A stretch of 64,000 nucleotides of DNA from Rhynchopus sp. YZ270_cl-10. Its lineage: Eukaryota. The stretch's first letter is position 1, and each line of letters starts with the position of its first letter. The position numbers were made by a program, and so were the translations under genes. Under the pieces are notes generated by a model. It saw only the letters and a list, made by a program, of their open reading frames with translations. It was not told the DNA's origin and made no database searches. Where the stretch lies: positions 1,364,001-1,428,000 of the forward strand of contig OZ037837.1 in NCBI GenBank assembly GCA_964035575.1, read 5' to 3'. Positions 21,875 through 32,300 of the stretch are shown here, in pieces.

Positions 21875-24800
21875 ACTCTCCTCCTTCCCCTATCCCCTGT
21901 AAATCAACTCCCGACCCCCTCTTAGAATTAGAACAAACTAGAAACTGGCTGGACGCAAAGGCAGACCCCACTAGATTAGATACGTACTTAGAATCGCACA
22001 TAGAACCGGGGATAGGTAGGAGCGCCTACCCCAAAAACAACGACAATCCCGTGAACCCACTGAGGGCCATCACCGACCACAAGGAGTGGTTGGACGCAAC
22101 AGCCCGCAGTATCAACTCTACAAGGATAGCAGTAGCGCCAGACGGGGACTGCCTATTCACTGCCATAGCTGAGCAGAGCGAGGGGTGGACAACGAACTCA
22201 CTGCGACAACGGGTGGTGGACGTACTGCAAAACGACGACAGTGACCTCTATGCTGACAGCTACTCTCCTGAGGCAAACGAACCTCCCACCTACACGCAAC
22301 ACCTAGCCAAAATGAGAATGCAAGGAACGTACGGTGGAGAACGTGAGCTACAGACTGCGGCAAGCATACTCGACAGGGCCATCTGGGTACTGGATGCCAG
22401 AGCGAAACGGTTTAGCCACGTCGGCGGACCACCTACATCGAACCCAGTTGTGCTCACGTACAGGCCCGAGCACTTCGACCGCCTCAAAGCAACCGAGGGG
22501 CTGCTGTCGCTGATTGCAACGACGCAGGCAGAAGGCAACCGCTGTGTCATGCTGGAGAACCTGGACACGAATATCGCAGTGTCTCGCTCACGGAAACGTA
22601 CCAAGACGGAGAGAAAGCGACGCCGCGCTGCCCGGGCCACTCCAAACCTGTCCATACGTACTGCCAACATCACCTCAATGAATGCTCACCAGGAGGAGGT
22701 GTGGAGTTGGGACAACGACATAGTCGCACTGCAGGAGACCCGGCTCACACAGAAGAAACAGGCCCAAGCTTCCCGAACGCTGTATGAACAAGGCTGGACA
22801 GGTCTCTGGGGGTGCCCAGTAAAGTTACTTCCAAATGCAATACAACAGAGCTACGGAGAGCACAAGGGGGTGGGCCTAATGGTGAAACGAGGCATACCAG
22901 CAAGTGTGGTCAGGAGAGATACTGAACGAGCAAAGAGACTCTGGGACTCAAAGCGTTACCTGCACGCAAAGGTGGCACATGGGGCAGGGAACCATTTTCT
23001 ACACCTATTCGTGATATACGCGAAAGTCGGCAACTCCCCGCAAGCAAAGCAAGAGCGCGAGAGCTTCCTATCGGATGTATTTGCAGAAGCAGAGATAGGG
23101 GACGTACCAGCGATTATCCTCGGGGATTGCAACAGCCACCCAGAACCCAGCTCAAGCGAAGCAATATCCCTAGCCATCAGCTCAGAACGATGGACGGACT
23201 GTGCCGAACGAGCCGCGGGCTGGGCCAACCAAGAGCCAGAGCACACCCACATCGGTAAGAGCACAAAGTCTGAAGCCAAAAGTGTGTGCTCACGAATTGA
23301 CATCATACTGGCCAACCAAATCGCGGTGCTTGCGCTGGCAGGGTGCAAAACGGGGACGGCCGGAATACCTTCACACATCCCCCTGGACGCGACATTTAAA
23401 AATATGACGTACCGGCAGCGTGTGCTCAAGCAGGAAAGGCCCCCTATGCTACAACAGGATGAACTGAGCAGGAAGAAAACGAAGGCAGACCTTGAAAAGG
23501 AGGCTGAAGAGATCTGCGATGGTTCCAAAGCACAATGGCACGCAAGCACATTGGTAGAGGACAAGTGGAAAGCATGGAATGAGGATGCGACCAACTTCTG
23601 GGCACGGCAGGGAGACGACAACTCAGCAGCATGTTTCCGCAAAGGCCGACCACCCAAACTGCGACGCACCTGGCTGTGCAGCAGACAGTCTCGCGAAGGC
23701 GACGCAGGAGAGACCCTCAAGATGACGCGCATCCGGAAGACGATCCGCAGACTAACTGAGGTCGGCAACACTCTACGCACCAAAGGAGCCCTCACACCCA
23801 GCGCACGCAAGGCGTGGGACAAAGCGAAGGCAGGGCTGGTGAGCATTCTCGACGCTACCCCAGAGGAGGAGCCGCAGGCCAGCACGACACTGGAGCTGAT
23901 ACAGCGCCTGCACCAGAGACTCGAAACTGCCAGAAAGAACCTGGAGAGGGACAGGGCCACGCAAAGGTACCGCATGATACGCACGCAATGGCACACCACA
24001 CCAGGGCTCATCTACAAGCGCCTCAACGGAGCCAAAATGCGGTGCAACACGATGAAGCGCGGGACGGAAGAGACCGCGAATGTGGAGGACATGGACACGT
24101 GGTTGCGTGAGGCATGGCTTCCCATACTTCAAAAGCACAACACCCTGAGTGACACACCCACGTGGGAAGCGTTCGAGGAAAGGTTTGGCACACACATACC
24201 TCAACGGCCGATGCACGTAGAACCCCTAACCGGAAGGATGCTGAAAGCCGTGGCCGAGAGCATGCCGAAGGGGAAGGCCCCCAGCACAGACGGATGGCAC
24301 CCAGAAGAACTTGCGCTTCTCCCAACGGGGATCTTCGACAGGCTGGCATCAATCCTCAACCAAGTAGAAGAGACGGGCGTATGGCCAGAAGCTCTCCTCC
24401 ACGCGACCGTGAGCATGATCGCCAAGGTGGAGGACCCACAACCACTCGACCACCGACCAATTTCCGTGATGTCGGCGGTATATCGGCTATGGGCAAAGAC
24501 AAGGTTGACGAGCCTAATGGTGTGGCAAGAGACATGGGCACCGGAATCCATGCACGGCTTCAGGACTGGGCACGGAACACGTGACGCTTTTTACCTCACC
24601 GCACTCCTGGTCGAAAAAGCAATGGTGTCGGGGAACACGCTGCGAGGAGTATTTCTGGACATTAAGAAATGCTTCGACACCATACCGTGGGACATAACCT
24701 TCAGTCTTGTGGAGAAAATGGGGATCGACATGAAGATCACGCGGCCCCTCAAGAGCATGTACAGGGACCTGAAGAGGCGGTTCAAACTGTACGGTACGGT

Positions 24801-27312
24801 CGGTGAGGAGTTCAAAGCGAACAATGGCATTCTGCAGGGATGTGCGCTGAGCATTATCCTGCTGAACGCCCTCCTAGCAGTGTGGGAGGCGGCGGTTCGG
24901 ACGGAAACCAGATGTCGGACAAGCCTGTACGCGGACGACACCACCATGACCTCGAACAACACCGCACAATTGAGGAAAGGCCTCACAGTGTCCCACGACT
25001 TCGCCACCAAGACCGACCTCACGTACGGAAGTAGTTTCTCCTTCTCGACAGCCAAGACCGAAAAGCTGGAGCTCATGCTCGGAGACACCCAGCTGAGACA
25101 GGAGAAGAAGGAACTGGACAATCTCGGCGCAGTGATCAGACTGGCCGTAGCCAAGAAAAAGGAAGCAGCGACAAAGCTGGACAAGCGAGTGCGCAAAGCT
25201 GAGACATGTGCGCGACGTATCCCTCACCTCAACGTCCCCTTTGAAGGCAGAGCCGAACTGGTGGCGACAAAAATAATGCCCATGGCACTCTACGGCTGCG
25301 AGACGTACGAGCCGCTGTCCACCACCGCTGGAAGGCTCACCAAAGCAGTGACGGCGGCGATTTGGAGGGGCCTACCTAGCAGATGCAGTGAAATAGTGAG
25401 GGGAGTGCTGAACCCGCTACACCGGACAGACCCAACATCTTACCTCAAGTACCAACGCCTGCTCGCGCTCTACACCATGGGGAAGAACCAGGAGATTAGA
25501 ACCCTAATAGACGAGATCCGTATCCTGAAGCGGACGTCGAGAGTAAAATACTGTGGACCGGTAGACATCCTCCTCCGCACCACCCAATCCATGAACTGGC
25601 GCTGGGAGAACAACACCCTATTGCCCCCGCACACAACACAGATGAACCTCGACGAACCCGAGGGTGACCTTCTTCGACACCAACTCCGAGACGGTATCAG
25701 GGACGATTTCTGCCGTAGACTCGAGACAAGGAGGGAGGACATGCAAGGGGTTAAAGATGGCATCGATTATCGCACGATCAACGCCGTGTGGAACAGCTAC
25801 AAGAACACAGATCCACTGCGTGCAGGGTACATGAGGAACATTCTTGCAGGAGCGGAGCTCACACAGGACAGGCGCAAAAGAATGAAGATGAGCACCAGTG
25901 ACACGTGCGAGCACTGCGGCACAGGTGTGGAGGACTTTGAACACATGTGGGAACAATGCAGCCACACCGCACACATACGCGAACAGCACAAATACGCAGG
26001 AGTGTCCGATCCAGCAGTAAGAGAAAGCTGGCCGAAATGCCTGCGCCTCAACGCCATTCTCCCCGCCGGCTTCCAGATGATTCCGGAAGTGCCGAACAGA
26101 GAAGCCCTAGAGCTGCTGCTTCTCATGTACTCAGACATCGCCCTAGAGAGGGAGGACAAGAGAAAACGCGGTACCACTACAACGAAGACGAGCCAAATGG
26201 ACAATTTTCCCTGGACATGGGAACCAGAAGGCCCATACGAGACCTACATAGGAGTACTTCCTGACGAGGTGCCAGACGCGTGGCCGTACAAAGCGGAAGG
26301 ATACCTCGCACTCAAGGAGTGGCTGGAAAGCCTAAAGTGGCCGACGGTGTCCAATGGGAAATCACAGCACGTCTCGCACCTGGAGCTGGCGCTGGACTTC
26401 GAAGCGCACACAGGAGCAAAGCTCACCACAGAGGAACCCAATTCCCGAGAGAGCTCCATGATCACCGACAAAATCACCTGGTTCAGCAACTGGATGGCTA
26501 AGGCAAAGATAGTGGCAGCAAACGCGTACCTCTTCTCGGGCACCATCTACCCCAAGAGCAAAGTGTTCGCCCCATTAGACCTAGGCATCAAGTGGGGAAC
26601 CCTAGCGATCACGAGACAACCCATCCTCACCGAACCAGCTGAGGTGCTCAAGACGATCCGGTCCCTGCCAACCCTCTGCAAAGGGAACAAATCCTGGACG
26701 AACACAGAGCTCCCACCCCTAGAAGAGGACTGCAAACAGGAGAGAGCAGACAGAATTGCGAAGCACATCCGCTTGGCTGCTGAGCAGAAGCAGCAGAAGC
26801 AGGCTCGACGAAAACCAAAGAAACCCACCGGACACACTCGCATCTTCTTCGGCGGATACTGCAACGTGAGGCAGCCGGGGGCGAGGGTGAAGAAAAACAC
26901 TTGCCAGGGATCGGGCGCAGGTGCACGCCTCGAGATAGATGGCGAGGTGCGGTGGACAGCCAGCAGTCGCCTGGCGGACACAACCCTGAACGTCGCGGAG
27001 TATGAAGGACTGCTGATGTGCCTCGAATACCTGAAGAGCGACACAGACACCACACCACTGAACATCTACGGATCCAGTAGAACCGTGGTTGACCAGGTGA
27101 ACGAGCACTGCAGACCATACGCGGCAGTCGCCCACCTCCAGAAAGAGGCGCGGGGTGAGCTTGACAAGCTGAGAGCGACCCGAAGCATCACGTTGGTGCA
27201 CATCGACAGCAGTAACAACGTGAACGCCACAAAGCTCGCCTGCACGGCCGTTGAGAAGCTTAGTGTGGGCGAGACAACGAAAGAGGACAAGCTAGGACAG
27301 CACCCTCTGTAG
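21607..27312 (+). CDS. LINE ORF2: OTU cysteine protease, APE endonuclease, reverse transcriptase, zf-RVT-like finger, degenerate RNase H (stop-to-stop frame 21607-27312)
   Basis: OTU: VAPDGDCLF..YGGEREL..EHFD (~22120-22485). APE: TANI, ALQET, LGDCN, RIDIIL, SHIPL (~22650-23400). RT: KAPSTDG, HRPIS, FLDIKKCFD, GILQGCALS, LYADD (~24210-25140). Finger: CEHC..H..C (~25906-25960). RNase H fold: NVAEYEGL (~26839-27250). Confidence 0.93.
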   Translation, partial: RRVAEDSAAGTHAVSRGDKQGGKDPTCKGEGGKGERGNHRPAIRGRLPRRHLLRVAAGGEEGKGKGKGKRRPREKPRTSEPARLQPRSLNSPPSPIPCKSTPDPLLELEQTRNWLDAKADPTRLDTYLESHIEPGIGRSAYPKNNDNPVNPLRAITDHKEWLDATARSINSTRIAVAPDGDCLFTAIAEQSEGWTTNSLRQRVVDVLQNDDSDLYADSYSPEANEPPTYTQHLAKMRMQGTYGGERELQTAASILDRAIWVLDARAKRFSHVGGPPTSNPVVLTYRPEHFDRLKATEGLLSLIATTQAEGNRCVMLENLDTNIAVSRSRKRTKTERKRRRAARATPNLSIRTANITSMNAHQEEVWSWDNDIVALQETRLTQKKQAQASRTLYEQGWTGLWGCPVKLLPNAIQQSYGEHKGVGLMVKRGIPASVVRRDTERAKRLWDSKRYLHAKVAHGAGNHFLHLFVIYAKVGNSPQAKQERESFLSDVFAEAEIGDVPAIILGDCNSHPEPSSSEAISLAISSERWTDCAERAAGWANQEPEHTHIGKSTKSEAKSVCSRIDIILANQIAVLALAGCKTGTAGIPSHIPLDATFKNMTYRQRVLKQERPPMLQQDELSRKKTKADLEKEAEEICDGSKAQWHASTLVEDKWKAWNEDATNFWARQGDDNSAACFRKGRPPKLRRTWLCSRQSREGDAGETLKMTRIRKTIRRLTEVGNTLRTKGALTPSARKAWDKAKAGLVSILDATPEEEPQASTTLELIQRLHQRLETARKNLERDRATQRYRMIRTQWHTTPGLIYKRLNGAKMRCNTMKRGTEETANVEDMDTWLREAWLPILQKHNTLSDTPTWEAFEERFGTHIPQRPMHVEPLTGRMLKAVAESMPKGKAPSTDGWHPEELALLPTGIFDRLASILNQVEETGVWPEALLHATVSMIAKVEDPQPLDHRPISVMSAVYRLWAKTRLTSLMVWQETWAPESMHGFRTGHGTRDAFYLTALLVEKAMVSGNTLRGVFLDIKKCFDTIPWDITFSLVEKMGIDMKITRPLKSMYRDLKRRFKLYGTVGEEFKANNGILQGCALSIILLNALLAVWEAAVRTETRCRTSLYADDTTMTSNNTAQLRKGLTVSHDFATKTDLTYGSSFSFSTAKTEKLELMLGDTQLRQEKKELDNLGAVIRLAVAKKKEAATKLDKRVRKAETCARRIPHLNVPFEGRAELVATKIMPMALYGCETYEPLSTTAGRLTKAVTAAIWRGLPSRCSEIVRGVLNPLHRTDPTSYLKYQRLLALYTMGKNQEIRTLIDEIRILKRTSRVKYCGPVDILLRTTQSMNWRWENNTLLPPHTTQMNLDEPEGDLLRHQLRDGIRDDFCRRLETRREDMQGVKDGIDYRTINAVWNSYKNTDPLRAGYMRNILAGAELTQDRRKRMKMSTSDTCEHCGTGVEDFEHMWEQCSHTAHIREQHKYAGVSDPAVRESWPKCLRLNAILPAGFQMIPEVPNREALELLLLMYSDIALEREDKRKRGTTTTKTSQMDNFPWTWEPEGPYETYIGVLPDEVPDAWPYKAEGYLALKEWLESLKWPTVSNGKSQHVSHLELALDFEAHTGAKLTTEEPNSRESSMITDKITWFSNWMAKAKIVAANAYLFSGTIYPKSKVFAPLDLGIKWGTLAITRQPILTEPAEVLKTIRSLPTLCKGNKSWTNTELPPLEEDCKQERADRIAKHIRLAAEQKQQKQARRKPKKPTGHTRIFFGGYCNVRQPGARVKKNTCQGSGAGARLEIDGEVRWTASSRLADTTLNVAEYEGLLMCLEYLKSDTDTTPLNIYGSSRTVVDQVNEHCRPYAAVAHLQKEARGELDKLRATRSITLVHIDSSNNVNATKLACTAVEKLSVGETTKEDKLGQHPL
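21790..21814 (+). promoter_or_regulatory. Candidate -1 ribosomal frameshift site: four tandem slippery heptamers
   Basis: G_GGA_AAG x3 and G_GGA_AAA in the ORF1 phase, inside the 268-nt ORF1/ORF2 overlap. ORF2 is the -1 frame. Confidence 0.6.
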
Positions 27313-28794
27313 ATATTTTACCTTGTTCTTCTTGTTTTTCATGCATTTCAATCTTCCTCAACGACATTCTTGTTTTTCATTGTTTACAGTTGACACAGCG
27401 ACGCATAAGTCCATTTGGCACTGTTGTTGAACCCCAAGTTCAAACCGGACGGCTATCCCAGCGTAGATGGCAGCAGACGTGTACGCCACGCCTGAAACCG
27501 GTAATTTTAATATTCATTGCTTTTCTTTACAAGTTGACACAAGATTCTAGATTTTAAGTTGGTTCAACGTCGCATGAGACCAGTTGGCGCAGTCGTTGAA
27601 CCCTCAATTTTTCATTTTTTTTTTTTTTTTCTGGTTTTGGCCCGTGAAACCCTGTGTTACATCAACGCTGGGTTCGCGAGCCTGAAGCCAGGGGTGGCTG
27701 CATTCCTTTTCGGACCGGGGTGCTCCATCCTATTTTTTAAAAACGTTTATCCAGAAGAAAGGTTGGAGCAGGTGACTGATCCGAAGGTGGCTTGCTTGCT
27801 CCTGCAGGCACAAGTTGTGACTGCGATTCCAGACAGCTTCTTCTCGAGAACTGCAGTGACGTGCATTGATCTCAGTCATGCGTCTGCTGTGACTGCGATT
27901 GGGAGATCAGTTCTTAGTAACTGCACAGCTTTGACCAATGTTGATCTGAGTGGATTGCAAGCTGTTACCTCGATTGGTGAAAATTTCTTATGCCAGTGCA
28001 CATCGTTGTCAAAAATTGACTTGAGTGGATTACAAGCTGTCACCTCGATTGGGAAATGCTTCTTGTACGAGTGCACATCATTGTCGACGGTTGATTTGAG
28101 TGGATTGCAAGGTGTGGACTCGATTGGGGGGTGGTTCTTAGGCCAGTGCACTGCTCTGGAGACCTTCCATGGAAAGGAGAGCTGCAGCGATATTGTACTC
28201 ATGTGTCTGGATCCGTACGGCGGGAGAATGCGTGGGAAGGGACAAAAGAAGGGAGGAAAGGCAGGAATGAAGGGAAATAATAAAGGACAAACGATTGATC
28301 GCAAAGTCAAAGGCAGGTGGTAAAGGTGATGGTGGCAAAAGGTGGGAAAAATGGGGATAGGGGGTCTGAGGGAGGGAAGAAGGGGTTGAAGAGAGGGCGG
28401 GGTGGTGGGGCGGTGCAGACGGCCCCCTACACGGCTGCTCCACTTAGAGTAGTCCTCCTGCTGAGGTAAAGGGAACAGAAAAATAGAAGAAAAAAGAGAA
28501 AAACGAAAAGAAGAAAGAAAATAAAAAGGGAGAAAAAGAAGAACTGAGAGACCATATATTGTACCGTTTTTTCACCCACCCAACCGGACCCAACACAGCC
28601 CATCTGGACCCACTTGGGGTCAATTCCACCCAATTATACCCAATTATACCCAAGTACAGCCCAATTTTTCCCAATTACGCCCAATTACAGCCCACCGACA
28701 CCCGGAAAAAACGGTACCATAATAATATGCCATCCTTCCCTTTTGCTGGTTTTTCTTTTTGCGAGGGTGGATCACGTTTTTCAAGTTTAATAAT

Positions 28795-29005
28795 CATTGT
28801 CGACAGTTGATCTGAGTGGATTGCAAGGTGTGGGCTCGATTGGGGGGTGGTTCTTCGACGAGTGCACTGCTCTGAAGACCTTACATGGAAAGGACAAATG
28901 CAGCAGTGTTGTACTCACGAAGCTAGGCATACAATAAGTCGGAAAATGGGTGGGAAGGGACGAAAGAAGGGGTGGGTCACAAAAGGGGTTTTGGCGTTTT
29001 GGGGA
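28795..29005 (+). pseudogene. Orphan duplicate of the 3' end of LRR copy 3
   Basis: Near-identical to ~18407-18620 (last LRR, ..VVLTKLGIQ*, start of the 3' UTR). Confidence 0.9.
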
Positions 29006-29368
29006 GGGTATAGGGTGGGTCATCACAACAGGGGTTTGGTGTTTTAGTCACCCACAATTTAGGTTTGGGACGGTGCGATCAACAAACAAGAAACGACGAA
29101 TATAGTAGGGAAGTGAGGTGTTTCATTTCCCCAACCAGACCCTGCATCACGCAGACTTACTGAACCTGCGTCCTCCAATCAATACCGATCCTCTTTCCGA
29201 TGGGTGGATGCAGGAGTAAGGCATATCAGATGTAAACCACGAAATGGTCCACAATAATTTCCTCAACTCCACCCCACACCCCTTCTCATCCTCCATCTTT
29301 TGCGCAAGAATTACCCCCATCAGTTATCAAACAACCCACACCACAGACAGAACACAACAGACTACACG

Positions 29369-32300
29369 ATGGGTCCGAAGAAGGCGAATGCGGACGGTGT
29401 GTACGATGACGAATATGACAAGCTAGAGCTGCGGGAGCAGATCATGTTACGACCCGACACGTACGTAGGATCGCTCGAGAAGACGACGGAACGTCTCTGG
29501 GTGTACAACGAAGATGCGGGCGAGATGGAGCAGCGCAACATCGAGTTCGCACCAGGGCTGTTCAAGATCTTCGACGAGATCCTCGTGAACGCTGCAGACA
29601 ACAGACAGCGCGATGCCGCGATGTCACAGATCAAAGTTGTCATCAACAAAGAGAAAGGCTTTATCCAGGTATGCAATTTAGTGAATATGACATCATGCAA
29701 AAGCATGATGTCATAAAAGGCCGACTTTTGAGAAGGGGAGGGGGAAACATGCAGCCGTGTTTTTTTGTTTTGAAGCAGTAACCTAGACCACGAACGTTTT
29801 ATTCTCTTACGGTACGGCCACTCATGGATACGATGAGCAAGAGACCCATCTTCTTCGAAAACCTTTATTTCCCTATCACGCGGGGAAGCACCTAGGTTTG
29901 CGTCCACCCGCTTAACGGGGGTATTTTTAAAACTGTACATCACCCTCCACCTCCCACAGGTGTACAACAACGGCGAGGGCATTCCCGTCCACATCCACAA
30001 GAAGCACAACCTGTACATCCCGGACATGATCTTCGGCCACCTGCTCACCTCGCGTAACTACCAGGCCGACGTCAAGCGCATGACCGGCGGGCGCAACGGC
30101 TACGGTGCTAAGCTTGCGAACATCTTCTCCACGAAGTTCACTGTTGAGACGAGCCACGCTGCGACTGGCAAATGCTTCAAAAAGACGTGGACGAAGAACA
30201 TGACCAAGGAAGGTGAGATCAGCTTGACCGACGCGAAGCCGAAGGACTTCACTTCGGTCACTTTCTATCCGGATTTTGCGCGCTTTGGGATGGACAGCTT
30301 TGAGGACGACACGGTAGCGCTGTTCGAAAAACGTGTCATCGACATTGCAGGGATCACAGACAAAAGCTTGAAGGTCTACCTCAACGGCAGCCCCGCACCG
30401 GTGCAGGCCTTCGAAGCCTACGTGAATCTGTACCCCGGCATGGGCGAGGATGCAAACAAGGCGTACCACCACGCAACCGACAGATGGCAAATCTCGATCC
30501 GTCCATCCAACATCGACTTCCAGCAGGTCTCCTTCGTGAACTCCATCTGTACGACCCGTGGAGGGAAGCATGTTGACCATCTTGTCCAGGAAACGGTCAA
30601 AAAAATTACGGATCAACTCAAAAAGAAGAACAAAAAAGTGGGGGATGTGCAGATGCGCAACGTCAAGCCGTTTCTCTGGGTCTTTGTCAACGCGCAGATT
30701 GAGAACCCTTCGTTCGACAGTCAGACGAAGGAGACGCTGAACACGAGCAAGGCGAAGTTTGGCTCGCTCCCTGAGATCCCTCCGAAGATGGTGGACGCGC
30801 TGTGCAAGATTGTCAACGAACGCATTCTGGATCGCATCAACAACCGCATCGAAAAAATCATGAAAGACAAAGTCGCTGGCGCAGGCAAAGCCCGCAACGT
30901 CAACGTCCCCAAGCTCGACGACGCAAACGACGCCGGCGGCAAAAAGGGACATCTCTGTACCCTCATCCTTACTGAGGGCGACTCCGCAAAATCGATGGTA
31001 ACGTCCGGTCTGGGAAAGCTTGGACGTGACAGATTTGGATGCTTTCCCCTACGCGGAAAACCACTCAACGTCCGCGAAGCAACCAAATCGCAGATCGCTA
31101 ACTGCAAAGAGGTGCAAAACATCATGAAGATCGTGGGACTCAAACCGGGTGTCAAATACACCGGGAAAAACATGAACCAGCTCCGCTACGGCTCGATCAT
31201 GATTATGACCGATCAGGACCACGACGGCTCCCACATCAAAGGTCTCCTTGTCAACCTCTTCCACTTCCTCTGGCCAGAACTTCTCTCCGAACCCGGATTT
31301 CTGGTCCAATTTATTACCCCTATTGTGAAGGCCTTCCCTGCTGGAGTAAAGGATGCGGACGACAAAAGCATTTCGTTCTTTACGATTCCAGACTTTATCG
31401 AATTCAAGGAAAAGCAGGCAGCCTTGAAGAAGAAGTGGACCTACAAATACTACAAGGGGCTGGGGACGTCCTCCACGAAGGAAGCCAAGGAGTACTTCGA
31501 GAATATGGAGGATCACCGCATCGATTTTGTGTACGAAGGCGCGGAGGACGATAAGAACATTAAGCTTGCCTTCTCAAAATCCGAGATCGAAGGAAGAAAA
31601 CGGTGGATCACGCAATACGATACTGCCAACTGGGTCAACTACAATGTGAAGTCGCTTAGCTACTCCGAATTTATCAACAAAGAGCTGATTCTCTTCTCCA
31701 TTGCAGACTGCGACCGTTCCATCCCCTCTGTCGTCGACGGCCTCAAACCTGGACAGCGCAAAATTCTTTTCTGCTGCTTCAAAAGAAACCTTACCAAAGA
31801 AATTAAGGTTGCGCAGTTTTCTGGTTACATCTCCGAGCACGCAGCATACCATCACGGTGAGGTCTCCCTGCAGGGAACGATCGTTGGGATGGCGCAGAAC
31901 TTCACGGGGGGGAACAACCTCCCATATCTTGCACCGTGCGGTCAGTTTGGTTCGAGGGCGACCGGAGGGAAGGATGCTTCGTCTGCGAGGTACATCTTCA
32001 CGAAGCTCGACCCCGTCACACGATGCATTTTCCCCAAGGTGGATGACCAGCTTCTCACCTACAAAGACGACGATGGCCTTTCCGTTGAACCAGAGTACTA
32101 CCTTCCGATCATCCCCACCGTGCTTCTCAACGGCACCTCAGGGATTGGAACCGGCTTTTCCACCTCAATCCCGAATCACTCCCCTCTTCACCTCATCGAC
32201 TGTGCTCGCGCTTTGATGAGCGATTCAGAACTCCCCGAGATCTCCCCTTGGTACAGAGGGTTTAAGGGGCCGATCAAATCGAAGGGTGAAGGGAAGTTTA

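Larger units (their letters stand above)
20378..27751 (+). mobile_element. Full-length non-LTR retrotransposon (APE-type LINE) with ubiquitin-fusion ORF1 and OTU-APE-RT-ZnF-RNase H ORF2
   Basis: TSD CAGAAGAAAGGTTG[A/G]AGCA at 20359-20377 and 27752-27770 (19 bp, 1 mismatch). Two uninterrupted ORFs, a 5' ribozyme fold and a structured 3' UTR. Confidence 0.95.
19252..28323 (+). pseudogene. B-box / UBL / LRR copy 4, frameshifted and split by a LINE (5' part 19252-20377, 3' part 27752-28323)
   Basis: 2-nt deletion near 19330 and 4-nt insertion near 19505 relative to paralogs. Coding sequence stops at ..EERLKQ and resumes at EERLEQVTDPK after the element. Confidence 0.9.

Noticed and set aside
22051..22053. 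GTG as the ORF2 start
   Set aside because: The frame is open 444 nt further upstream and nothing marks this GTG as special, though non-AUG reinitiation is not excluded.
27559..28323. 254-aa ORF as an independent gene
   Set aside because: It is a chance read-through from the LINE 3' UTR into the severed LRR half of copy 4.
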